NCBI RefSeq assembly: GCF_006345805.1
Contig: NC_043001.1
Location: forward strand, 53,010,001-53,074,000
DNA length: 64,000 bases
From: Octopus sinensis
Taxonomy: Eukaryota
Reading direction: 5' to 3'
Shown: positions 26,161-37,762 of the stretch, piece after piece
How positions within the stretch are numbered: the first letter of the stretch is position 1
Layout: the number at the start of each line of letters is the position of its first letter
The notes under the pieces: model-generated
The model's input: the letters and a program-made list of their open reading frames with translations, nothing else
Told to the model about the DNA's origin: nothing
The model's database searches: none
Position numbers and translations under genes: made by a program

Positions 26161-26683
26161 CACTGATATTATTAGTTTTCTTTTTTACTGCTTGTCATTG
26201 TTAATATTTCCTCTGATCCGACATGAATTTTGACTAAATTATTATTATTATCATTATTATTATTATCACTATCATTACCATCATTACTATTTTTTCCATT
26301 TATCATTAAAAGGTATTATTAAATGTTGTTTAGTTTCAACTTTTGTCTGTACTTGAGATAATCATAAATATAAGAGGGTTGAAGGGAATAGTAGGAGCAA
26401 GAATAAACAGCTTGGTGAAGAGATTAAATACCACAGGTCTGCACATAGATCGGGATGATGGTGAAGAGATCAGCAATGGGCATTCCTGTGCAATAAGGAG
26501 ACAAAAGAAGCCTCACTACTACTAGCTATCAATAAGAGCACTGATCTTGGCTTTGAATAGAACCAATTCACCTCGTTCTTTTTTTAATTACTGATAGGAA
26601 AAATAATTATATACATATATATTGATAAAAATGGTAAGAAAACAAAAGAATGAAAGAGACCTCGACAATTATTCGGTAGCCAT

Positions 26684-26745
26684 GATAAAACTCCGAGTTT
26701 CGTATGCCGAGGGTGGAAATCTACGCCGCCATATCTTCAGTTATC
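26684..26745 (-). ncRNA. Type I hammerhead ribozyme
   Basis: GAUAA CUGAAGA UAUG...CAUA C GAAA CUCGGAG UU UUAUC. Confidence 0.75.
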
Positions 26746-26766
26746 CGGCCATTTTTCCGATGGCAG

Positions 26767-26827
26767 GATAACTGAAGAGATGGTGGCGTGGATTTCCCCC
26801 TCGGCATCCGAAACGCGGAGTTTTATC
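26767..26827 (+). ncRNA. Type I hammerhead ribozyme
   Basis: GAUAA CUGAAGA GAUG...CAUC C GAAA CGCGGAG UU UUAUC. Confidence 0.7.
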
Positions 26828-26859
26828 ATGGCTACCGAATAATTGTCACATATTACTTT

Positions 26860-26915
<56 letters not shown>

Positions 26916-26940
26916 CTGATATTCACATCATTTGCTGTTG

Positions 26941-27432
26941 TTTATAGTTTTTGTAATTGTGTAAACTGGCAGGTGCTTACCTCCTTAATTTTATTATTAC
27001 TAACATTATTATGATAATAATATATATGCATTCATACATACTTTCATACATACTTGCATACATATATATGCATATATGTATATATGTAATATATATATAT
27101 ATATATATATTTCGTTTTGGGATTTGCTTTGCAAGATTCATTATGTGAATTCGCGTTTTGAAGCAAATTCAGTTGTGTCTGCGGAGAGTCATTCGCTTTT
27201 AGTGCCTTATAATTTAACACTGACCATTAAAATTTCTTCTTATTCATTTATTTAATTTTCTAAAATTTTCGTTGCCTATGGCTACCTTTTCGATAGTTGT
27301 TGACTATTGAAAAGGTTGCAAGAGGGATCATAATTTTTAGAAAAATAATTAAATGAGTCGAAATTTTACCGGTGAGCGTGTTAAATTATAAGGCACTAAA
27401 AGAAAATGACTCTCTCCAGACAGACACAACAG

Positions 27433-27465
<33 letters not shown>

Positions 27466-27690
27466 GTATATATGTATATATGTGTGTGTGTGTGTGTGTG
27501 CGTAATATGTGTGTGCGTGTGTAATACATATATATATATATTACATATATACATATATGCATATATACGTATGCAAGTATGTATAAAAGTATGTATGAAT
27601 GCATATATATTATTATCATAATAATGATAATAATAATAAAATTAAGGAGGTAAACAACCTGCCAGTTTACATAATTACAAAAACTATAAA
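26941..27690. repeat. Inverted repeat, ~300-bp microsatellite-containing arms (26941-27225 / 27371-27690)
   Basis: tttatagtttttgtaattgtgtaaactggcagg vs cctgccagtttacataattacaaaaactataaa; second shared block gagagtcatt...ttttagtgccttataatttaacac. Confidence 0.8.
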
Positions 27691-27753
27691 CCACAGTAAA
27701 CCTTATGAGAAGAAAAGAAAAATTTCAAAAGAAAAAAATTCAGAAATTCAAAA

Positions 27754-28143
27754 CTTTGTCAGTGATACATATGGCAAAAGAAATAAATAAGATACTTACT
27801 CATACCCATGGAAGAAGCAAACACTAAGTCATGAGCACAATTAAGTACCCCAAATACATCCAAAATAGAAAATACTCCAGCCCATTAAATTTTTTTTGCA
27901 AAAGAATTTTTTTGGAAGAAAAATTTATCCTACATTAGATATAAATTTAAGTGTTCACTTCCGGACTCTTTCACTCTGTGAGAGCATCAGTTCAAATCGC
28001 ACGTTTCTCGAATGGGCTGGAGTATTTTCTATTTTGGATGTATTTGGGGTACTTAATTGTGCTCATGACTTAGTGTTTGCTTCTTCCATGGGTATGAGTA
28101 AGTATCTCATTTATTTCTTTTGCCCCATGTATCACTGACGAAG
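27754..28143. repeat. Inverted repeat, 133-bp arms (27754-27886 / 28011-28143)
   Basis: Near-perfect reverse complements whose outer ends fall in the HHR core. Confidence 0.9.
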
Positions 28144-28187
28144 GGAGGGCTGTTATAAGCTAACCCTGAAATCGGTCCGATATGGTA
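28130..28187 (+). ncRNA. Type I hammerhead ribozyme
   Basis: UAUCA CUGACGA AGGG AGGGCUGUUAUAAGCUAA CCCU GAAA UCGG U CCGA UA UGGUA. Confidence 0.8.
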
Positions 28188-28844
28188 ATAATGGAATTTT
28201 TTAGAAATTTCTGTCGACCTGTTTTCGAGTAGCGTGCGGATTGTGAAAAAATTAATGATTAATGGACAATATGTCAAGTTTTTCGGCATATTTGGCATTT
28301 CGGCATAGGTATTTTTGACATATTTCGGCATAGGTATTTTTTAATATGCTGGACATTGAAATTTTTTGGGAAAAGAATTTTTTTCGAAAAAAATTTTATC
28401 CTACATTAGATATGTATATTTATACATATCTAATGTAGGCTAAAATTCTTTTCTCTCCTTTTTTTCTCTCCTTGTTTCTCTCCGTGTTTCCTTTCTGTGT
28501 ATCTTTCTGTTGAAGAGCGTAGGCTCCAAACGTAAAATACTTGTTTTATTGATATTCCTGAGCGCCATACTAATACAATTGTTTGTTTGTATTCCATCTG
28601 CCTTCGTCTTTTGTTTATTTTCATAAAGCTTCCCGTTATATATATATATATATGTATATGCATATGCATATGTATATATATGTATATATCCATGCGTACA
28701 AGACCCTCTTATGTCAACAAGTTTCACATATTCACCGTTTTATAATGACTCTGCTAACAGGCGTAATCTTGTAGGCAGATTTATTCTAGCTATTGTAATA
28801 ACGCATTTCCCGAGACGGTTGGGATGCTCACATACTAGATAATG

Positions 28845-29065
28845 TCGTGTAAAACCTCCGCTCAGCCTTTAGTAGTAATATGCCTTGAAAAATCACACCA
28901 ACTATGCGTCTACTATAAGTGCACGTGCCATACACTTTTTTATACGAACACCTACTACACACTTAGACTCGAACAGAACATAAAATTGAAGAAAATAATG
29001 CGATCTGCTCAACCTTTTCTAAGTGAAAGGAGTAATATAGAGAAGGCTCATATATAAGCATTTCA
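28845..29065 (+). repeat. Unclassified interspersed repeat (~190 bp; second copy 32125-32310)
   Basis: gaaaaatcacaccaactatgc...gaacagaacataaaa...ggagtaatatagagaagg...aagcatttc occurs twice. Confidence 0.75.
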
Positions 29066-29310
29066 ACGATAACCATAGCTATACGAAATCTTCAATACGC
29101 GTTCCTTGAAAGTTTGTTACATTTGCGGGTCTAATATTCATATTATCATGGAAGGTTAGGTTAGTCAAGGAAGCTGACAACTTTCTCTTAGAACGTCTTG
29201 TGTTTGCTTAACGTAGAAACCTCGCGTAATTTTGTAGAGCCAATTATTGCAACAGGATTTCATATATATATACATACAAACACACACACACACATACACA
29301 TACACACACA

Positions 29311-29351
<41 letters not shown>

Positions 29352-30477
29352 TATGTAATGATATAGATCCATATTATATTATACATATGTGTATATGGTT
29401 TTACTTGCGGACTTGCATATATGAATATATAAAGACATACATGCATACACACATATAGTTTTGTGTGTATAACATTGAAATAACTGAAATAATTGAATTT
29501 CTCCATATATATTACATAACATAATATTTACGACACAATGTTTATATACAAAATGATTGTATCAGATACAGTTATCGAAGTGTGATAACAGCTCAAAAAA
29601 ATTGTCTCAATATCTCGGAATCAAATGTCAGCAAAAGCTAAAACTAAGAACTGGAATAAAATAAAGGAAAGGTTAAAGGTTGTCTTTCAGAATCATGTAG
29701 CCAGATTCACGTATGCAGCTAACATAAATGAGATTAAAAAAAATTATGAACAAATATAAAAAACAGACGTTAAGAGAAATGTAAGCAATAATCTGCAAGA
29801 TGAAGCCTGACACATGGAAATTACGTCTTGTTGATATGGCATGATATATCCAGTTTCAAATGATCAAATTACAACTATATGAAACCCATTAAGACGTAAA
29901 AAGTTCATAATGGACAAAATCAAATTGATTTCTGTCGTAGCAAAACTGCAATAGCTATGGTAGACATGAGGCTTCTGCACTATAGGAATTCCCAAACTTT
30001 AACACACATTAAATGATGTTCAAATATAGATTTACAATGCAAAATAAACATATATAGAGTAACTAGACATGAACTGAATAAACACATGCTCAGACATGGA
30101 TACGCAATCACATACTTTCATATAACTTCATAGAAAAACATCTAACATCTTTTAGAATCAGCTAAATCCATAGATGCATAAACAGAGACTAAACCTGCGT
30201 GTGCATTTACACTAATAAAACAAAAGAAATATACATTTCAACAGTTTTGTACATTAGAAATATAAACAAGTATGTACACAATATATAAAGAAATGCATAA
30301 CAATAAACAATTAACTCACGCAAATAGACATCAGCAATTAACCCGTGCGTAGACACAAATATACTTACTCACTCCAGTCATCTATACACATATAGACACA
30401 CATACACAAACATATAACACACACACACACACACATCGATATGTATATATATATGTATGTATGAATATGTATATGTG

Positions 30478-30478
30478 T

Positions 30479-30542
<64 letters not shown>
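30478..30542. repeat. (AGAT)n microsatellite
   Basis: Direct. Confidence 0.95.
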
Positions 30543-30543
<1 letters not shown>

Positions 30544-30997
30544 GTGTGAGAGAGACAGAGAGAGATATAAATGCATATATTACATATATCTTTTATTTCT
30601 TTTGGTTTCAGCTGAAAGATGCGACCATGCTGGAGCAACGCCGTTTTGCTACACTGCTATTATTGAGAACCTCCTCTAGTATGTGGCATTTGGTGAATAA
30701 GGGTGTTATGTGTTCATAGTAAACACGTAAGCAGGCATACTCATACGCTCACCTGTGCGCACGCACACCTACGTTCGTACGTACACGTCACTTGCATTTT
30801 CGTAAAATGTACACGCATATATATATTCGAATTCATACACACACACGCGTACCGTAAAGGTTCATACCTACGTCTATATACGCACAAGCACAAGAAAAAA
30901 AAAGCGTTTAACTTTAATTTATATACGTAGCGGAATTATAACACAGTAATTTCCCTTTGTATAACGGTCTTTCTTCATTGCGTTTTTCAGATGGCCA

Positions 30998-31058
30998 CAT
31001 AACCGAAGAGATGGTGTTGTGGATTTCCACCTCGGCATTCGAAACTCAGAGTCTTATC
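30998..31058 (+). ncRNA. Decayed HHR, same family as 26684/26767 (U4>C)
   Basis: CAUAA CCGAAGA GAUG...CAUU C GAAA CUCAGAG UC UUAUC. Confidence 0.55.
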
Positions 31059-31092
31059 TTGGGTATTGAATAATTGTCACATATTATTTTAC

Positions 31093-31094
<2 letters not shown>

Positions 31095-31136
<42 letters not shown>

Positions 31137-31255
31137 GTTATATATATATATATATATATATATAATGTTTATATGTATATATATATATATATAAATGTTT
31201 TTATATATATATATATATAAATGTTTTTATATATATATATATATATATATAAATG

Positions 31256-31286
<31 letters not shown>

Positions 31287-31502
31287 GTTATATATATATA
31301 TATATACATACATATATATATATAAATGTTTATATATATATATACATACATATATATATACATATATACATATACATATATATATATGCATATATATATA
31401 TATATATGTTTATATATATGCATATATATATATATTATATATATATATATGTTATATATATATATATATGCATATATATATATATATAATATATATATAT
31501 AT

Positions 31503-31540
<38 letters not shown>

Positions 31541-31548
31541 TATATATT
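31095..31548. repeat. Long imperfect (TA)n tract
   Basis: Direct. Confidence 0.95.
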
Positions 31549-31554
31549 TATGTC

Positions 31555-31885
31555 GATTGCTACCGGTAACATGTAACCCAGTGCAACCTGCTGCATGGTC
31601 TGGTCGTCGGCGACTAAACCCGCAACCCCACGAAGCTTGCCTGGTGAGGAGGGATGAAATACAAAACCCGTCAAAGGGCAGAAGAACACTTCAGAGTCAA
31701 CGGCCATCCAATAAATGTGTTAAGGCTGTATCATGCGCGGGGACATAGAAACATTCTGACTGAATACCCGATCCCGCTGTTAAACCATTGGGAATGAAGG
31801 ACTCCTAGCCTTCGTTAGGGCATCTTTCTAGGAGAAGGTAACTCAGGTAACTGGGATAACTCCGACATAAAACCTGCGGCTCAGA
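31555..31885 (+). mobile_element. Probable RTE-clade LINE 5'UTR fragment
   Basis: GC-richer island after (TA)n with tggtcgtcggcgactaaa, ggcagaagaacactt and ctaggagaagg blocks recalled from RTE 5' ends; recognition from memory only. Confidence 0.45.
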
Positions 31886-32080
31886 GGTTACCGATGATGT
31901 TGATTTGTTCTTCTTTTTGGATTATGGCTATTGTTGCTTAGTGAGTGTGAGTGACTCAGTGCACAGCCTTTCCTCACTTTAAAGAAATCTTTTTGCACAG
32001 GCATTGCACGATAACACCATAGATTAAGCTTCGTGCAATGGCCGTACTCGATAACGAGGGGGCAGCCACCATATATATTC

Positions 32081-32126
<46 letters not shown>

Positions 32127-32307
32127 GTTTTGAAAAATCACACCAACTATGCATCTACTACATTTTCACGTACAATACACTTCTCTATAAAACACCTACA
32201 ACACACATAGACTGGAACAGAACATAAAAATGAAGAAAATTATGATCTGCCATACCTTTCTAATTGAAAGTAGGAGTAATATAGAGAAGGATCATAGATA
32301 AGCATTT

Positions 32308-32360
<53 letters not shown>

Positions 32361-32464
32361 ATATATAAAGTTAATCCAAACAAGAAAACAAAAAAGACAA
32401 CAACGCAAGGAGCTGGAACAATTAAAGTATTATTAGGCGCTAAGGAAAAAAGGGAAGAAGGAGG

Positions 32465-32500
32465 GTATGACGTTTCGAGCGGAGCTCTTCGTCAGAAACA
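32465..32500 (-). ncRNA. Minimal type I hammerhead motif in a (TA)n-flanked insert (32369-32651)
   Basis: GUUU CUGACGA A GAGC UCC GCUC GAAA CG UC AUAC; one stem I mismatch. Confidence 0.65.
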
Positions 32501-32649
32501 TAGGAGAAAGAAAGATCCCGAGGTGGGAGGACAGAGGGAAAAAAATGCAAGTGGTCTCACGAGGTCAACATACTGGAAAGGCGGGAGTAGTAAACAAGAG
32601 AGTGCGGGTTTTCAAAGACAAGAGAGCGGAAAAAGAAGGAAGGTAAACA

Positions 32650-32701
<52 letters not shown>

Positions 32702-33556
32702 TATATAGTTACCCATGTTTATAGAGAGGTTACTCTGTGTAGCGCAAACATGCTGCACAATCGACATCATAACATAAAAGGCAAAAGGCATTACACATTA
32801 ATCATTTAATATAAAACCATAAAAGAAATATATATACACAGTTGTGTACCAGAGATACCAATAAACAGGTAACTGAAATACAACAAAAGTTGATACAATG
32901 ACAGCTATAAAAATTGGCATAGGTGTCTTGATAATTTAATATCTTACCTCTCTATACAACAAAATATAATTATCATACATAAATGTTATTAGACACAATA
33001 ATATGAGATTCAATACATTAATTATGAGATAATATAATATTGTTATAAGTCTATCCCTGTGCCAAGATTTGCAACCACTATTATTAAGTAAGCAATAACG
33101 TAAATATATAAATACACAATAGAAAGTATAAGTAACATTCATAAAACCGTCTGATCGTTAGTGTACCGCCACGATGTTTGGCTGTTGTGTCGAAATAAAA
33201 TGCTTTGCTCAAGAACATAACGCATCACGTGTTACAAGAATCGCTATGCGGTTTGCCTCTCCATGCGTCAGTACAAGGTAATCTTATTTTGAGGCTAGTA
33301 ATGGAAAGGAAAAAGCATCAAAAGGGAAGAGGTTGGTAAGTTATTGCATTTTAAAATATATTCACATACCGTTTAATCGAGTTGTGTCGTAACAAGTATT
33401 CAAGTAGTTTCTAAACTTCACTTTAATAAATCCTGGAATAAAATTGCTGAAGGACAATTTTGCTTATAATTGTCTATTTGATAAATATTTATAAATTATT
33501 ATTTAATATACATCGACACATCAAACGAAACAACGGTTCTTTTTACGCGATTTTCG

Positions 33557-33592
<36 letters not shown>

Positions 33593-34100
33593 AATAATTT
33601 GGGAAAACAAATTTCCAAATAAATCAGGTGTAACCCTACAGCGTTATATGCATCTACCTAGCGTACTTTGGAGCCTGTGTTTAAATGTGATATATAACAA
33701 GAAAAATTCAAACGTATATCTTCTGTTTTTGCTGGAACTAAAAGGTTGATCTGAGGAAGAAGATAGCAGGGAACTATGGGTATTTATAGGCGATTTGTAC
33801 CAAGAGGAGTAATTAAACTATAGAAAGTTTAACTTATCCTCTATTATTATTTTCAAATTTACCTATATTGGAAGTTATATCTAATTTGTTATTATATAAT
33901 TTTTATAATATTTAATTCATATATTTATTTTTTTAAGTTATTGCATTATTTATTTATTTATTTATTTATTTATATAGTATATTCAATTGCTTTAGAAATA
34001 AAAGTATGTGGTCATTTTATTCCGGGGTTGGAGGTTCAGTGCTTCATTTTACTAAATGTTAGATTTCTCCGGTGCCTCGTTCATCATGTGTGTTTAGTAA

Positions 34101-34170
<70 letters not shown>

Positions 34171-34883
34171 GATAGATAGATAGATAGATATATGTATGTA
34201 TGTATATATGAATGATCGAATGATCGGACAGTTACATGTATTATTCAAAATGGTTTGATTTTAAATCCGTATATGTACATAATTAGTGGTCTATGCTTTG
34301 TAACTGAGGAGAGTATTCTACGAGAAGCAACTTCGGCTATTTTTTTTCTGTATGTTATCCTTTCTCGGTTTTGTAACTAATTCCTTCCTTTACACAAATT
34401 TCCCATAATTTTGCATATCACTGTACTTCAGAAATTGCTGCATCCTTACTTTGTCTCTTTTTCTTGTATTCTAATTATCTATTTTCTTTTTAAACCTCTG
34501 TTATTTTTACCCCTCACTTATTTTCATAACTATTGCAGCGCCCCCTCTTTCTACTGCATTTTCTCCTTTTCTCAGTTGGTAAAATATATTGCTTTTCCTT
34601 TGGCTAGTAGAATTCTGTTATATTTTATTTTGATAAGCAAGCACATTCAGTTTTTGTCCGTTAATTGGTCGACAAATACAGAGAAAATCTCGGGAAAAGC
34701 AGCTGATGAAGAGTAATGCTTCGCTTATATTTATATTTTATCTCCTTTCATCTGTTACGCCTAATTCCAACTTCTCTCTCTCTCTCTCTCCCTCTGTCTT
34801 TCTCTCCTCTCTCTCAATCTCTTTCTTTCTCTCTCTATATATACATACATGTATGCATATGTATGTAAGTATATACACACACA

Positions 34884-34914
<31 letters not shown>

Positions 34915-35084
34915 TACACACACACATAAATATATATATATACGTGAATCGTCTAAGAGATCATAAGTCAGGGAAAAGATGCTCTCGATATATGTCAGTA
35001 GATTGCGTATATTATCTGAAATGTGTATTATTAAATATCCATCGCGGTTGGATCTTTCATGTACAGAATATAATGGGGTATTAG

Positions 35085-36885
35085 ATATCAAACCGATTAT
35101 ATAACTTTACGCTCATGGGGTATGGTAGGGAATATGGCGGCTACTCTCTATTGTCGGAGATGGATTAACACAACCGTTCAGCAGCTGCTTTGAAAGCGTT
35201 GGTGGAATGAAAAGGGCTAGGTGATTAGTTTAGGAGTTACGTCCCTCGGTTTGGCTTTGTTGTGAAGCCAGCGAAAGCAATCTTGATGTGAGGAAAGTGT
35301 GTATTATTAATGTAGTACTCCAGAGGGGATGGGGTATGTCGTATGTGTAGTGGTGTCATATGTATATTTTTTCTCGGGTGTGAAGGTGTATATAATTGTG
35401 TTCGTTGGTCTGTTTTCTTTCAGAAAAGGATAAAGTCGTTTGTGGAGGTCTCAAATTCACTTGCGGTTTGTAATGTGTGTGTGTATGTGGGGGGTAGTGT
35501 GTATATAGGTGGGGTTACTATTTGTGTGAATGGGTATGTGTTGGGGACAGTATATTTTGTGGGGCATTCACCTTATAGGGGTGACTGCATCTCCGTCTTA
35601 TAGGTGTGCGTGCATGTCCGCCTTATAGGGGTGTCTGCGTCTGTGTATATGGGTACCTTGATGTGAGCTTTGGTCAAACTCTTTTTTCCGGGCCCACGGA
35701 CACTGGTGGAAGGTCGTTGGCGGAAGGTCAAGATAAGGGACTAGTGGTTGAAGTTATGGTGGGGCTCACAGGTATGATAGAATTTACTTCCTTTCATGCG
35801 GGAAGGATTAAACACTTCGCTCCTGCTATTCAGGTAAATATCCGGACGTTGGGTACCTTTTAAAGTAGCGCTCTTCTCAACCAGGCATGACCTGCACTGC
35901 CTGCTGCTATTAAAGAACGGTTTGCTTCTTTCTAGGTTCTTCCACTTAACGCTGCCTTTCAAAGTCTAGGCGTTTTTGGCTAGAGTTGTAGCGTTACGTC
36001 TCTCTAGGATACCACAGGACTTTCCGTGGCTCTTTCCTTTGTGTGGCCTAGGGTCTGGCATGTAACTACTATTATCCTTGAAACCGCTGGCGGTCAGACC
36101 CCAGTTGTTGTGTGGGACGGCAACATCAAAGGTGTCTTTCCTTTCAGACAAGCTGGAGATTCCTTTGCTCAGTCCCTTAACCAGGTTCCTGAACACTATG
36201 GCTGGATGGCAGGAACATGTGTTAATATATGGTAATTCATTTGGTTTCCTAAAGGGCCTATAGGCACCTGATTAAAATCCAGGGTCACTTGAAAGAAATC
36301 TATCATTTTCAGGTTGGTCTCTATAAGGATATTCAGTCTGAGGGAGTTTATGTTGCCTATGAGATCCTTCTGAGGCTATACAAAGTGTGGCCGATAGCCC
36401 CTCTTGGTATTGGCAGCGCGTCGTCTCTGTAGGAGTTCAAAGCTAGTTGAAGGGAATTTCTTTGTTAGTACATCTAGGATGAAGAGACCGACTAGGTAAC
36501 ATACGACTGCACTGTCAAACAGCCCATTGCCACGTCGAAGGAGCCCACTGGCTCAGTATATTTGGTCCGATCAGACCTCCTGCTGAAGAGTAGGGTTCTT
36601 CAGGCGTGCATGATAATGCGTATGTCCTAGTCGTTGATTTCAGTGTGGGCCCTAGTGAAATTCAGTGCCTTGAACAGGAGTTCCCAAGGGTAGAAGACAA
36701 CTATATCAAATTGGGTAAACCTATCTCTATCCCTACCGCTGTTAGCCTTAAACCATATAATCACTTCGATGATGTTGTGTCTTAGGGCGTGGTCAGAGGC
36801 GTTTCTAACGACGTTACTGAACGTACTAATCAACCGTTTGCTCACCTGTCTTATCTCAGATTTCGCCGGATTTACCACGGAGTAA
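35085..36885 (-). mobile_element. Penelope-like element B (RT + GIY-YIG C-terminus + 3'UTR), decayed
   Basis: VNPAKSEI, FTQFDIVVFYP, FDVAMG, LVGLFILD, YRDDAL (36415-36432), VKWKNLERSKPF...CRSCLVEK...LNSRSEV. Confidence 0.85.
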
Positions 36886-37690
36886 AGCATAAAGTGGAAA
36901 ATCCTAGAAAGAAGCAAACCGTACTTTAATAGCAGTAAGAAGTGCAGATTATGTCTGGTTAAGAAGAGAGCGATTTTAAAAGGTACCCAACGCCCAGTTG
37001 TTTACCTAAATAGTAGGAGTGAGGTGTTTAATCGTTGCTCGCATGTAAGGAAGTACATTCTATCGTACCTGCCCGCCCCACCAGGACTGCAACTACAAGT
37101 CCCCTGCCTCTATCTTCCTCCAACTATCTTCCAGCAATGCCCTTGAGCCCGGCAAAAGCAGTTTGACCAAAACACACTCCAAGGCACCTATAAATACACA
37201 CGCACACACATCTATAACGCGGACACGCACAAATTCTATAAGGCGGACACGCCAAAAAATAAACTATACCCCACCCACGAACACATACCCCCTTAGACAA
37301 ATTGTACGGCAACTTATATACACAGAGCCTACAAACACATTGCACACCGGACGCTAATATACGCCACCCATGACTCTATCATTTACAGAAAGAAAATAGA
37401 TCAACGAACACAGCTATATACACCGACAGCCACGGAGAAAATTATACATACCACACACCCCACAGGATCACCACATTAATAATACACACTTTTCCCACTT
37501 CAAGATATCCCTTGCCGGCTTCACATCATACCAAAGCAAGGGCTATAACTCCTAAATTGATCCCCTGGCCCTTTTCATTGCACCGCTTTTTTACAGCAGC
37601 GCCGACCGGTTGTACCTACCACTATATTCTACACGCAAGACCGACTTTTAAGACGAGCCCTGGTGGATATTTAATACTATACATTACGGA
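36886..37690 (+). mobile_element. Penelope-like element B, inverted 3' arm (pLTR)
   Basis: IKWKILERSKPYFNSSKKCRLCLVKK...LNSRSEVFNRC, then 3'UTR homologous to the reverse complement of 35085-35960. Confidence 0.8.
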
Positions 37691-37716
37691 TGATGATGAT
37701 GATGATGAGGGTGATG

Positions 37717-37760
<44 letters not shown>

Positions 37761-37762
<2 letters not shown>

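Larger units (their letters stand above)
26664..26847. repeat. Fold-back inverted repeat (~83-bp arms) with two divergent HHRs
   Basis: gacaattattcggtagccatgataaaactcc...ggagttttatcatggctaccgaataattgtc. Confidence 0.9.

Noticed and set aside
32936-33142. Hydrophobic minus-strand ORF ending at a gag|gtaaga donor
   Set aside because: Hydrophobicity follows from AT richness; no acceptor or recognisable homology
34700-34725. CUGAUGA A GAG UAAUG CUUC G
   Set aside because: Ends before AAA and helix III, so it cannot be called
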